A stretch of 63,668 nt of DNA, the filler included, from Chrysochromulina tobinii (Eukaryota): assembly GCA_001275005.1 (NCBI GenBank). It is 8 parts of 8 records of this genome, joined end to end, with 100 filler letters (N's around TTAATTAATTAA, not from the genome) between each part and the next. Parts side by side here need not be neighbours in the genome. Positions count along the whole stretch, not along the records: positions 32,810 to 39,562 come from JWZX01000374.1; positions 39,663 to 50,744 come from JWZX01000375.1; 6 more parts are not named here. One strand, written 5' to 3'. The notes under the pieces were generated by a model. It was not told the origin of the DNA. It saw only the letters and a list, made by a program, of their open reading frames with translations, and did no database searches. Numbering within the stretch: position 1 is the stretch's first letter; each line of letters opens with the position of its first letter. A program made the translations under genes and the position numbers. Positions 34,061 through 46,091 of the stretch are shown here, in pieces.

Positions 34061-35564
34061 CCGCCGCCGCTACCATCACCACCCGACAGCCGTTGCTGCT
34101 GCTGCTGCCGTTGCTATCGCCGCTCCTTCCACCACTGCAGCCGCCATCGCCGTCAATAGCATCGCCTCCGCCGCCGATAGCACCGCTGCCGCAGCCTAGC
34201 CGCAGCCATCACCGCCGCCATCGCTGCCGCATCTGCCGTCCTCTCGGTCGCTCACGCCGCCACCGCCATGCTCACTGCCGCTACCCTCACCACCACCTCC
34301 AGATCCGCCAGAACGGCCGCCGCCACCGCAGCAGCCACCATTTCACCACGTAGGTGCACCCTCTACGCTGCCCCAACTCCAACGCACCTTTGGGCACCTC
34401 CTACCGACCAGATCTCGCCTACCGACCGCACTGCCCGCCCTGACCCCACATTTTCACGCCTATCGCGCCGACCCCAACTACGTAGCTCTCGTTCAAGAAC
34501 GAGCCTCTGACGTGGTGTGCAACGTGCAGGTGCGCGATCTACGGTCGTGCGGTTCCGATGCGCCGCGGCTCGGCCTGCGTGCTTGCCGCCTTGCCATCGA
34601 ATGGCCGCTTGCGCGCAACGCCCGAGCCCCTCCGTTGCCTCCACCGGAATCGCAGGTTGCACGTCGGCATGCGATCTGATCAAGGCAGGAACAGCTGAAT
34701 ATGTGCCGTGCGGTCAGGTGTGATCGATTGCCGTTCGAACGCGCCCGAAATCGCCCTCGGGCGGCCTCTCCTCGTCGAGAATCGACCTTGTGAGGCGCGC
34801 GCTATGCCTGAGCCCTCAGTAGGGAAAAAAAGTCATACCTTCGGAGGTTGGTAGCTCATGTTTGATGCATGCCCTGTGCATCCCAAGGGTACCATGGTGA
34901 TCCCCATGCTCTGGAGAATCAGTGAGTATGTTGTTTGCATGATGGGTGTCAATAACCAAAATCACCATACCCACCCTTAGGTTGGTTTTGAGGGGGTTCG
35001 GTTTGCGGTTCGTGTGTCTGTCCCGTGTGTGTCCCGGCTCCCCCCGGTGTCTTTTTACCGGTGTTACGTTCACAGGCAATAAGTTAGAATCCCTACGAAT
35101 TCGAGTATAATTATTCCTACATGTAAGGCTGTGATCCTGTGAATGTTTTGCAGAATGCCCGGCAGAATGCTACATCTTCTGCTGATCACATCATTGGATA
35201 CAATTGTAAAGATACAATTTTTTCCGCCGGTCTGTGTGTGTGATCCGGAAGAAGATCACAGAGATGAAGATGCGCCTTATCAAGGTACAAGGACGCGCAC
35301 ACGCGCTTAAAGGCGACCGGGCGTCCGGGCGGGGCTAAGCTTTAAGCGGGCCAGGCGGCTGATCGAGTATGGCTGTGATAATAGGGGGTCCAGGGGTCCC
35401 CGAGCTAGTGGTAACCGCATCTGGGTTTCGATTTAACCATTCACTGTGAACAGACGTGTGTTGACTTGACTTGACTTGTGTGGGCAACCCCACAGGCAGC
35501 CACTTTTGGAGTTAGCTGCCTGGCTGGCCTAGCTTGCCCAGGAGGAGAGTTCGCGGCCGGCGTC

Positions 35565-37672
35565 ATGGCGCAAGTTCCAGGTCAGGTACGCTTCTCCGCC
35601 GAAGATCTTCGCGGGCCACCGAAGACATGGCGTGAGATCTTGCTAAAGATGTGGGTCATTGTAAGCGCTCTCGCCTCCATGTTTGCTACTGCTGCCTGCC
35701 ACTGCCTCACTTCGGCTCGTCCTTGTCGCCGCAGGACCCGCGAACGGTGGGCGGGCTGGCGCAGTACTGGGATCTTTGCACCGCCGCTGCCCTGGTATAC
35801 ACTGCGATCGTTACGCCCTATGAGGTGTCTTTCCTCGCGCCACCCAGTCCGAGTGAGAAGTGGAGTGACTCCGTTTTCATCATCAATCGCTGTGTCGATG
35901 TCATCTTTATCATCGATATGTTCGTCCAATTCCGAACCGCTTACAAGAGGGTTGATATCGTCCATGGCTCCAAATGGATCACCGATCCAAAGGCAATCGC
36001 TATCCACTACGTGCGTAGCTCATGGTTCTATCTTGACCTATTCTCAATCCTCACGAGCCTCTTCGACATCCTGGGGGGCGAGGACACGGACAGCCTCACC
36101 GTCCTTCGCGTAGTCCGCGTGCTGCGCCTGGCAAAGCTCGTCCGCCTCATGCGCGGCTCTCGAATCTTCAAGAAGTGGGAGATGAGCTTTGCTATCAACT
36201 ACAAGTACCTATCCCTCTTCCAGATCGTGTTCACCATCTGTATCGGCTGCCACTGGTTTGCTTGCATCTGGGGATTGGAGGCGTCTTTTGACCCACTCAA
36301 CTCTTGGCCTATACAGAAGGGTTACTGCACAGCATGGGAGAGTGACGATCGGAGCTTCGTGGAAGCGGCGGTCGAAGCCTGCGGGAAGGGGCGCACATGC
36401 GAGGCAGGATCGTGCAGCGGCCAAGTGTGCGAGGGGGGCTACCAATGTGCTGAGCCGTTTCACATGTACTCGTGGGCCCTGTACTGGTCGGTGATGACGA
36501 CTACATCGGTTGGCTACGGCGACGTCCTTGCTGTGCCGTTCAACATCCCCGAGCAGTTCGTCTGCAGCATCTCGATGATGCTTGGCGGCGGTCTTTGGGG
36601 CTACATGATTGGCATCTTTGCTAACTTGGCGTCTGCAAGCGAGGCGGAAACGTCATTCGCAGAGGAGCTCTCAAGCTTCAACACCATTCTGGCGGAGATT
36701 AATTGTCCTCAATCGCAGCAATTCAAACTACGTGAGTACCTCTTCCATAAAAAAGACCTGGACGAAAGCGAGAAGCAGAAGGAGCTCCTATTGAATTTCT
36801 CACCCGCGATGCAACTCGAGGTCTCGTTCAAACTGAACGCCCGCTGGGTGCATATGGTCTGGTACCTCAGCAACCCGTCGTCCGTTCCAGACTTGCTGGT
36901 CGTCGACCTGGCGATGCGCCTGAAGCGGAAAGTGTTTCCACCTCCTGAGCTGTTCCCTCCGGGATTCATGTACATCGCCGAACATGGCTGTGCTTATCGG
37001 GGAGGAAGAATGCTGCGGAAAGGCAGCGTGTGGGGCGAAGACATCGTGCTTCAGAACAGTGGTCTGCACCTTGAGTTGCCTGCTATCTCCGTACGTTACT
37101 CGTCCGTCTTCGTGATCGACGCTACAGAGCTTCTCGAAACGATCGACAAGTACGCTGAGTTCAAGGAGCGCTTCCGCATCGTCAGGATCAAGTGGATGAT
37201 TCGTCGCGCTTTCGTGCGTGAGGCGGAGATCAGGGTGTTCACCTCAGGTCGTGGTGTTTTCCGCAACCGTTTCCGACCCATTTACGCGAAGAAGATTGCT
37301 GCACAGATGGATGAAGAGTGGCGTCAGCGAAATCGTGGGGTCGTCGGCCACGCTATCCCTGGCCATGTTCCTGGGAAGGACCCTATCAAGCGGCAGCTCA
37401 GGAGTGTTCTATTCGCAAGTGTGGACGCGGGCATGGATCTCCGCGCCCATCAGATGAGGACAGAAGACGAACGCGACGACATTCACAATACGGCGGCTCG
37501 TTTCCAGGCCCTGGAGTCCAAGCTCAGTCATCTCGAGGGGTTGATGTTGCAAAAAGTGAGAGAGAAACGAGCAAGTGCAACTCCTGCCGCGCTTACCGTA
37601 GCACTGCCAGCCTCTTCTTCTCGCAGCCGCTCTCCAACTCCATGTCGTTCCGAAGATAGCTTAGACGCGTGA
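35565..37672 (+). CDS. Six-TM cyclic-nucleotide-binding-domain K+ channel (HCN/EAG-like), 2 exons (intron 35661-35734)
   Basis: WDL...LVYTAIVTPYEVSF; S4 RVVRVLRLAKLVRLMR; HWFACIW; pore YWSVMTTTSVGYGD; C-linker and degenerate CNBD. Confidence 0.92.
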
Positions 37673-38218
37673 GGTATACTGAAGCGGTTGGGGTGCGGTC
37701 GCGCACGTGTGACTCTCTGTGATGAGTGAAATCATGCTTACATTTAGCTACTTAGACCCTACTTACATTAACAAGAGCGCACTTGATGGATGTTTGCATG
37801 TTTCTAGTTAGTTTCTAGCCCTCGCGACCCGTCGATCACTAGATGAGGCATGAGCGATGTCGAGATCCGAGATGTCACTTGTCAGACGAGTCCCAGCGTG
37901 AGATGTGACGATGTCGGATATGTGCGCCGCATACACACTAAATTGGACTGGTGGTGTTGAGCGCGGGGCGGGGACCGCGACGAAACTGACTGACTGACTG
38001 GCAGTATTTATCGCTCGTGCAAAGGCACCCCGGCGTCAGCTCTCTGTGTGAAACGTATGTACGCCGGTCCGGGGTCTTGGTGTCGAGTTATAAACATTGG
38101 CTGTGAAACGGCTGTGAGCCGGAGTTTGCGGACGCCGCAAGTATCATACCGAGATGGCACCATTTCTCTGGCGACCTCCAGACCCTCCACAGACCACACG
38201 CTTGGGTCGCTTGGGGCC

Positions 38219-38875
38219 ATGCTGTTGGCACCGTGCCTCGGTCTGTGCGCCTTCGTACCGCACGGAGTCCTAGTCCGTCCGGCATTTACCACACGCTCTC
38301 TGCCCGCACCGAGCATGCTGGATGCTGGCACTCTACTTGCGACCACCTCTGCCATCGAGAAGCTCTCGAATCCACTCGGCGACCCGATCGGCGCGGCTTT
38401 TGAGTTCGTCACGCTCGTGCCGCAACCATTCTGGCTGCTGATTGTATTTGCGCCCAATTGGAAGGGCACCCGTGCCATCTTCGAGCCCATCCAGCCCATC
38501 GCGTTAATAGCCTTCGTGCATCTGTTCATCGTCGTGCTCAGTACCCAGGGATCGCCCGAGACGGGCACCGCTCCGCTGGACCTTTTCAACCATCTGTTCG
38601 ACCCGAATTACGATGGCGTCGAGACGTTCCTCGAGTTGGCTACCTACAAGAACTTTATCAGTGAGGAGTGGACTCACGCTCTAATTTGGGATCTGTTCGT
38701 TGCCCGCTACATATGGCTCGATGGGCGTCGGCGAGGTATCTTCACATCGCACTCGGTTCTGTTGACCAATGCGATCGGTCCACCAGGGCTTTTGCTGCAC
38801 CTTGCAACCTGCCTCATCGTTGGCAAGGGGCTGCCGACGGAGACGGTGGACGAGGTGGAGCAGCCTCCGCGCTGA
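38219..38875 (+). CDS. ABA4-like (DUF4281) plastid membrane protein
   Basis: PFWLLIVFAPNWKGT, WTHALIWDLFVARYIWLD and GPPGLLLH motifs. N-terminus MLLAPCLGLCA-FVP resembles a bipartite complex-plastid presequence. Confidence 0.85.
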   Translation: MLLAPCLGLCAFVPHGVLVRPAFTTRSLPAPSMLDAGTLLATTSAIEKLSNPLGDPIGAAFEFVTLVPQPFWLLIVFAPNWKGTRAIFEPIQPIALIAFVHLFIVVLSTQGSPETGTAPLDLFNHLFDPNYDGVETFLELATYKNFISEEWTHALIWDLFVARYIWLDGRRRGIFTSHSVLLTNAIGPPGLLLHLATCLIVGKGLPTETVDEVEQPPR

Positions 38876-39562
38876 TTATTCTGAAGTCGCTCAACCGAAG
38901 GGGACCCCACCGCTCCAGTAGGGGCATATCGAGGTTTTGTAGTTTTCTCGTACGATCCTGGCTCTTGGATTTAAGTGTCACACTGGGCTCCAGACCTCCG
39001 GGACGCACCCGATTACTCCGCTTTTCTCCCGCACGCGACAACACGCGACAGCACCGAATGCGCAAAACTAACGCAAAACGCAACGAGAACGACCGATAGC
39101 TACCAGCATCAACTGCACCCCGTTATCAACCCCGTTACTCGCGAGCCCAAGGGACTTGAGCGCATTACCGCGAAACACGCCGGCCCGCTGTGTCCTGTGA
39201 GCCTGTGACCGGCGCACCTCTGACTCGTCTCAGGCCATCGCCAAATCGCGTCGATCGCGCCGGATGCCTTCAAATCTGATTGCATCCATCGCAGCGTTTG
39301 CAGAGAGAATTTGCTAGGTTACTTATGGATTCTTCCCCACCCCCGTTGGAACACCGGGAGGGAAGCCTCTGAGATTAACCGCCCGCGTGAAAATAGCGCG
39401 CGCGCGACCCGATAGGTTTTGGCCGGCGGAACCATTTTTTGCGTGTGTGTCTGTCTGTCTGTCTGTCTGTCCGTCGGCCAGTCTGTCGTCCCAAATTTGG
39501 GTGAAAGCGAGCGCTTCGCGCTTCGAACGCGGCTCTCCAAATTTCTTTCCACCGGCCGAAGA

Positions 39563-39662
39563 NNNNNNNNNNNNNNNNNNNNNNNNNNNNNNNNNNNNNN
39601 NNNNNNTTAATTAATTAANNNNNNNNNNNNNNNNNNNNNNNNNNNNNNNNNNNNNNNNNNNN
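39563..39662. other. Artificial contig spacer
   Basis: N44-TTAATTAATTAA-N44. Confidence 0.99.
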
Positions 39663-39958
39663 GCCCTTGGCTCGCAGCGCCGCATAGTCCAGCAGCAGCA
39701 CGTCGATGAGCTCGATTCGCCCTTGCGCCGCGTCGCGGTTGAGCCCTGCACTTGACTTGACTTGACTTGACTTGGGTGAAATACCTGTCGTCGACATTTT
39801 GTGTCCGATTCGCAGCATGTGTGCTTGTGTGGCTCCAAGGTGTGTGGCTATCTGGCTAAAATACTGTCATCGACCGATGCACAAAACAATGTAAAGACCC
39901 TGCTTTCGTCATCTTTTTTTCCCACTACGGGTGTCGTCTGTCGTGTTAACGTTCACAG

Positions 39959-41134
39959 ATGCCTGTAACTCTGCCAACCGTCACCTTCACTCCCCCGGCG
40001 GCGATGGCACTGAAGAAGCCACAGCCGATACCTTCGCTTCCGCTGCCGAGTGTTTCGTCGCCCGAGCTGGCCACCATCCTGATCGACGCCACCGAGCAGC
40101 TCTCGCGCGACGGTAGCGGGCTGGACTCGGTGTCTGAGTTGCTCGCGCAGGCAGCCGAGAATGCCCGCCAGACGGAGGCGCTTCACTCAGCTCTAACCGA
40201 AGACTTGGCCGCTCTCGCTGGGGCGCACGGTGCTGCACACGAGGCCGGAGCGGCACGCGATGCTTTGCTGCAGGAGATTCAGCAGCTCCGGGCGGCGGCC
40301 GCTGAGGCAGAGCGAAGGGTTGCTCACGAGGCGGCGCTCGCACACGAGGAGTTGATGGCGACACGAGCGCGCTTGGAGGAGTCGGAGGAGATGCGCGCAC
40401 GGGAGACCGCGCTCGCGAAGCAGTCGCTGGGTGGGCGCAACTTGCTCGAGAAGGCGATGAGCGACGCGCACGCCGAGGTGCAGCGGCTGCAGACAGCGCT
40501 CCAGGTCGAGCAGGCACGAGCTGCATCAGCCGAGGGGTCGAAGCAGGCGCTTCTCGAAAACGTGGAGCGTGAGCGCGGCGCCGCGAAGATGGCTCTCGCC
40601 GCCGAGCTCGCGCAGGAGCGCGCGCTCGCCTCGGGCGTGAAGCTCAAGAACAAGAAGCTGCAGGACGACGTGCAGCGGTTGGAAACAGACCTCGCGCATG
40701 AGAGGCAGCGGGCTGAAGCGATGGAGCGCGGCGCAGCGGCGGCGGCGGCGGAAGCGGCGGGCGCTGCGCAACGTGCCGCACGAGCCGAACAGCGCGCCGC
40801 GAGCGACGGGCACGAGGCACTCGAGCGCGAGAGCGATGCCCGCAAGCAAGCCGAGGCCAAGGTAGGTAGTCTTGAGCGGCAGCTCAAGGAGGCATTGCGC
40901 GCATGCGAGACTGCCAAGGCGGAGTGCGCGCGCGTGGCTGAGCGGAACGAGGCCCTCGAGGAGGAGCTTCGAGCGCTGCGCGGTGGCAGCCGCTACGGCG
41001 TCGAGGACCTGGTGGGACAAATCGACGAGATGGAGGCGATGCTCGATCCTGCGAAGGCGAAGGAGGCTGAGAAGCGACTCAAGGAGCGCGCGAGGCGAGC
41101 GAACGCCAAGGAGGTGGAGGCGAGGTTGAGTTGA
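39959..41134 (+). CDS. Coiled-coil protein
   Basis: 391-aa ORF rich in E/A/R/L heptads, with GC3-biased codons. Confidence 0.7.
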   Translation: MPVTLPTVTFTPPAAMALKKPQPIPSLPLPSVSSPELATILIDATEQLSRDGSGLDSVSELLAQAAENARQTEALHSALTEDLAALAGAHGAAHEAGAARDALLQEIQQLRAAAAEAERRVAHEAALAHEELMATRARLEESEEMRARETALAKQSLGGRNLLEKAMSDAHAEVQRLQTALQVEQARAASAEGSKQALLENVERERGAAKMALAAELAQERALASGVKLKNKKLQDDVQRLETDLAHERQRAEAMERGAAAAAAEAAGAAQRAARAEQRAASDGHEALERESDARKQAEAKVGSLERQLKEALRACETAKAECARVAERNEALEEELRALRGGSRYGVEDLVGQIDEMEAMLDPAKAKEAEKRLKERARRANAKEVEARLS

Positions 41135-41308
41135 TGAGCAAAGTCAGTTGGTGCCCGGGACCCGACATAGAAAAGACATGCACAATTTCATTAGCGCCGC
41201 GCGGCATTGAGCTGAGCGCCGCGAAGTCTTGTATGTGTGGACGGGTCTTCCGGCTCTCTAAGAACCTCAAGCACACGCGTCTGAACTTCCCGACGCAGCA
41301 AAGGAGCC

Positions 41309-41965
41309 ATGCGCTTCGAGGTGCCGGCCGGCGCAGTCTCAGCCGTGCTATCTATCCTGCCCTTAGTGATCGGCTATATTACCACCGCGATGCACACGCT
41401 CCGCGCAGCCCAGCATAGTGCTCGCGTGGCGCGCGTGTCGGAGCAGCTCAAGGCGCTCTACGGGCCACTGCTCGCGTGCGTGACAGCGTCAAAATCATCA
41501 CACGACGCTATGCTAAAACAGGCCTCGCTCGAACAAAAGGCCGGCGGCGCGCTGGGGACCGCTGAATTCATGTCGCCTGCTGAGTTCCGTGCAGCTGCCG
41601 CCGCCGACCCAAGCGGTCCTATCGCTCATAGCTATCGGACGTGGGTGCGCGAGGTGCTGCTTCCGCTGAGTGAGAAAGCTGCCCACCTCATCGTTGAGCG
41701 CGCTGATCTTCTTGAAGGCTCGAAAATCGAGCCGATGCTGCTGCAGCTTGTGGCACACGTCAATGCACTAAAGGTGCTCGTGCGCCGCTGGGAGCAAGGC
41801 GACGACAGCCTGCAGCGCACCTCGGCGATCCCATACCCTGACCAACTGCACAATTTCGCCGAGACGGGCTTCGAATTGCTCAAGCGCCGGCAAGCGGAGC
41901 TGCTCGGCATTCGGGATGGTCGGCAAGGCTCGCCGTTGATGCAGTTCATCGTGTCGAGGTTGTAA
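41309..41965 (+). CDS. Conserved-looking hypothetical protein with N-terminal membrane anchor
   Basis: Intronless 218-aa ORF: RVSEQLKALYGPL, YRTWVREVLLPL, ADLLEG..I.P.LLQLVAHV, IPYPDQL. Confidence 0.7.
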   Translation: MRFEVPAGAVSAVLSILPLVIGYITTAMHTLRAAQHSARVARVSEQLKALYGPLLACVTASKSSHDAMLKQASLEQKAGGALGTAEFMSPAEFRAAAAADPSGPIAHSYRTWVREVLLPLSEKAAHLIVERADLLEGSKIEPMLLQLVAHVNALKVLVRRWEQGDDSLQRTSAIPYPDQLHNFAETGFELLKRRQAELLGIRDGRQGSPLMQFIVSRL

Positions 41966-42434
41966 AGCCGCTCCCGCCATCGGCCGGCGTAGACGGCTCG
42001 AGGGTGACCCCGCTTGGCCGACGTACGCCTGGTCGCCGGCGTTCGCACACACTTGCAGCTCGCATGAGCAGCGAGTCATAGGCGTTTGGCTTGTTACTTA
42101 TTCGTCTCTCGGCGCCGACCACGAACCGCTGCGCGCGGAGCCCGGAGCGCGGAGCCGGAGGCCGCCGGTGGCGGTGCGCCGGAGCCGAGACCGGGCGACC
42201 TTAACCGAACCGTCCCACGGTGTGCACGGTCACCGTCAATGCCACGTCTCTGCCGATGTGGTTGCGATTCCCTTTACTTTGGACTTTCTTTTAACACTAG
42301 ATAACACTAGACTGATGTTATGACTGATTCTGTGATGGGCGGGACCTCAAAGCCGCGCGAGCCGCTCCGGCTCCGGCGCTCCCGGTGCACCATGTGCGCG
42401 CAGTGTCGGCGATGTGTTCTCTCTTCGCTGCGTC

Positions 42435-43115
42435 TCACCCTCCCATAGCGGCAGCCATTGTGTCGGCCGCGGTGTGCTGGAGCGGGCGCGGACGGAAGAA
42501 CTGGTTTGTGCTCGCCTCTTCGAAGGACCCGAGTCGCCGTACGTCGTACCGCTTCGTCTGCGTGTTCAGAAGCGATGTGAAGATGGCGTGAGCGTGCGAG
42601 TACTCTTCGCGAGCGAGCGATGAGGACGGGATGGTGACCTCGGAGCGGACTTTTGCGAAGGACATGGCTAGGTTCGCATCACCGAGCCGCGTCTGCGCGT
42701 GCGCGATGAACGCGCTCGCAAGGCCCTGCTCGTCCTTCAGAGAGTCGTAGATGGTGGCCGCTGCCACCAGGTCCTTGCGTGCCCGAGCAGGATCGCACCA
42801 AGCGTCGCGGAGTGCCCGACGCACACGCACGTCGGCCCGGTGCTGACGGGTGAGGTCGGCCCTGCTGCGCTGTGGAGCCTGCGGCATCCATTCTGACGGC
42901 CGGAAGGTGTACTCTACGGCGGGAGCCTCAGCATGCACCCAAGAGCAGGGCCTCACAGTGTCCACACCGCGGAGCAGCTTCGGTTCTTCGCGCTCCACCG
43001 GGCCCTCCTTGGCATAGTATACGTTCTGCATACAAGTCGTATCGCTCACATCGGTGCCTAACACGATCGACGGCACGTAAGCATCGGAGTTCACCACTCG
43101 GAAAGGCTTCGACAT
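42435..43115 (-). CDS. Hypothetical protein
   Basis: 226-aa ATG-initiated ORF with ordinary protein-like composition; no motif recognised. Confidence 0.5.
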   Translation of the reverse strand: MSKPFRVVNSDAYVPSIVLGTDVSDTTCMQNVYYAKEGPVEREEPKLLRGVDTVRPCSWVHAEAPAVEYTFRPSEWMPQAPQRSRADLTRQHRADVRVRRALRDAWCDPARARKDLVAAATIYDSLKDEQGLASAFIAHAQTRLGDANLAMSFAKVRSEVTIPSSSLAREEYSHAHAIFTSLLNTQTKRYDVRRLGSFEEASTNQFFRPRPLQHTAADTMAAAMGG

Positions 43116-43313
43116 TCACTCGTTTTGTCGTTTCACTCATTTATGACGTTTCATCCCGATTGCACGTTTCGGAAGTATACGGCAGCGGGGATCCCTCTTC
43201 GGCTCTCGGGTCTCCCCCTCCAATGTTCTCAGAGCCACGTCACTTCACGAGAAGAGCTCGAAACGCGCGACGCAAAGACGCGTGTCAACAAAACCCGGGA
43301 GCACCAACGCAGC

Positions 43314-43726
43314 ATGTCGGACGACGCAGTACCCAATGGACTCGGGCCCACGCTCGCAAAGCTGAAAATGACCTACTCCGAATTCACCATTTGCGCGGGC
43401 TTCTGGTTCGCCATGCTCATCGTGTCGTCTTTCATCAGCATCAATGATATCCTGAGTACGTGTGCCTCGCCACACGAATGGAATCCCCGACCCTTGGGAA
43501 ACGTCTCACGCCTGCTCCATGTGCCCGTCTTACCGACATGGCAGGCATTCCGCCTATTTCGATTGTCATCTCGGGTGTCTCCATGGTGATGCGCTCGGGC
43601 TTGCTGACGCTGGGGTTCCAGCTTGCCCTCGTCCTGGCTGCGTTGTATGGCCTCTACAAGTACAGGGAGGCCGTGGGCAAATCGATGCTGTTCCTGGTGC
43701 GCAAGGTCACAGGGAAGCGCAGGTGA
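43314..43726 (+). CDS. Small membrane protein, 2 exons (intron 43456-43544)
   Basis: A phase-1 GTACGT...GCAG intron joins hydrophobic segments FTICAGFWFAMLIVSSF and LLTLGFQLALVLAALYGLY in frame. Confidence 0.55.
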
Positions 43727-44637
43727 AGCCACCAAAAACCGCATACGCACCTATCCATGAGCTTGCGAAGCTGATGGACTACGGGCGCCGCGTTCGGGCG
43801 CCGGGGGCGGGGGGGCGAGCTGTTCTCTCGAGTTTCTGTGAGACGAATATTCGTGCTCGCGGCACGACGTGTACCGGGTCTCGCATCGCATGGTACGGCG
43901 CGTATCGACACGACATTTCCCGAAAGCGGGAAAGGTAGCGGCGCACAGGCGGGCCCCGACTGGGCTGCGGGCGCTGAACTCCTCACTTAAACCGATTTCC
44001 ATTTTCCGAAACGAACGCGAGGCGACGTCGTTCCTAGGGAGTCCGGGGCGGCCGCGAAATCTCTCACCGCACGACGCCGATGCGGGGGATTCGAATAACC
44101 ACCGCAGCACCCGAGCGCGCACCACTCTTGGCGGACCTGTGCTGACTCAACCGTCAACGAATCTGGTCGTTCTACGCATGCCCTATATTTTGTTTCTGAA
44201 AACTAGGCACACCGCCGCGTCGGACGCCTCCTGGGGTCTTCACTGCCCTAGGACGCAAGAGATTTTTTTGTTTTGTCGCGTGGGCTATTCCGTGCGAGTT
44301 GGTTTCGGACACCGGGAGCGCTCGAAGTCTCGAGGTGTCTCAGTAGCCCCGCGAGGGCCCGAGCGCCGAGGGCGAGGCTGTTCGTTACCGGTACGCGTAC
44401 GGTACTTCGCTGTTAGCGCGGCCCCCAGTCAACCACAGCTTACATGCGTCCCAGCGTCCGCTTGATTGCATGTGAGCGATTCACAATAGGGACATGTAGG
44501 GACGACGGCTTTCGAGGGGGAACGTGACAGAAGATTGACAGAAGATTGATGAGAAGCTGGTCGAGGGCCCTGAAACGAACGACGAAATCACGTCATCAAT
44601 ATCAAATCAGGTCATCAAGGATTAAAATATTCCCGCG

Positions 44638-45159
44638 ATGCCTGTCGCCTCCCTTGTCGCGACTTTCTCCGTCGTCGCCGCGATGGCTGGACAACGTTCA
44701 CCGGCGACGACGGACACGAGTAGCAGCGTGACAAGCATGCTCTCGCGGCGACGCGACCAGCTTCTTGCTGCCTCTGCCGGCGCTGCCGGAGTCGGCCTCG
44801 GCTATTTGACAACGCCGAAGCTGACGCCGCCAAAAGAAGGCGTCGTGCGCACCGCTGAGGCTTGGCGCCGCAGAGTCCAGGGCCGCAGCAGGATCTCGCT
44901 CGCGGAGCGTTCACCAAGCATTCTCTGCCTGGGCGCAGCTTGCTTCACTCTCGCAGAGTACAAGCTGGCCTTTGATGCCTGCGGCTCTCACAAGAGCTCA
45001 ATGGCGCGGACGAGCGTCGGCTGCGCTGTGATTAGCGCGCGAAGAGCGTCACTCAAGGCTGCAGCTTCGTTGAGGAAGTGGCCGCTCGTTGCACGCACCG
45101 AGGAGCGTTGGCGCCTCTTTCGGGCGGGTCCGGGTGGTGCTAAGCAGCTGTCAAGGTGA
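44638..45159 (+). CDS. Hypothetical protein, possibly with signal peptide and RR motif
   Basis: 173-aa ORF with a hydrophobic N-terminus and SRRRDQLLAASAG; weak support. Confidence 0.35.
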   Translation: MPVASLVATFSVVAAMAGQRSPATTDTSSSVTSMLSRRRDQLLAASAGAAGVGLGYLTTPKLTPPKEGVVRTAEAWRRRVQGRSRISLAERSPSILCLGAACFTLAEYKLAFDACGSHKSSMARTSVGCAVISARRASLKAAASLRKWPLVARTEERWRLFRAGPGGAKQLSR

Positions 45160-46091
45160 CGCGGATTGAGCCTGAGGCAGGAGTTCGGTTGGTGGCTTTG
45201 TGCCTTCTCAAGTGCGGCCCCACGCGGCCGTCGTGCGAACAGTACTGCGACTCGTGGGCCCAACCTGCACTGGCTTGAAGGTTGTGAAAGGCGATTTCAC
45301 AGAAAGGAGGTGTCACATACGAGATAGTCATCAAGTGAACGTGTGCGCGTACGATCGAGTCATTCAGTCAATAGTTATTTCGCGGACGCACCCGCGCTCA
45401 CCACACTCCGTCTCAGAAAGGACGGCTCCGCCGCCCCCGGTCACGCACATTAAGTACGTGAAGAGAAGAAGTTGTAGTAGATAAGAGTTGTGAGTTCAGA
45501 GTTGACGAGCACTCGCGGCGCGCACTTTTTTGTATTTTGTCCTACCGGTAGGCGATAGAGGGACCTTCTCACTACTCAGGTGATTACCTGATAGGCTTTG
45601 AACACTGTGGGACGCACTTTTTGACCTAGGGGGACCTTCTCACTACTCAGGTAATTACCTCATCCATGGGCTTTGAATTAAGCTTTTAATTCACCGTCGA
45701 CCGTGCAGTCGACACCTCGCCGCTCGCGCGCTCATTCTTGGGCTACTCATTGCTTTTGCGTTGCTAAGAGGACGCGTGCCCCGTCTCCCGTCGCGCGTAT
45801 ACACTTAGGCTGCCAGGGCCAGGGGAGTGCCGCGTCAGACGCCGTGCCCGCCGTCGGCGTCGCCGCTGCGTTCTGGTCCATGCGCTGCGGTATACGTTTA
45901 AGCGCTGGTCGGGTCGTCGATTACGTTGACAATCGGTTGTACGGTTAACGGCCGCGGGGAATCAGACGCACTATTGGATAAGAGGGGTTTGAAGCGTGTG
46001 CGACGGGACCTCACTGCGACGTCCGGGTGTTGTGTCGGATTATCCCTTCCACCTCTTACACAAAATTACAACGTACCTCGGTACTCACCGG

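Noticed and set aside
45560..45660. Two copies of GGGACCTTCTCACTACTCAGGTRATTACCT as a regulatory element
   Set aside because: A simple local duplication with no further support in the window.
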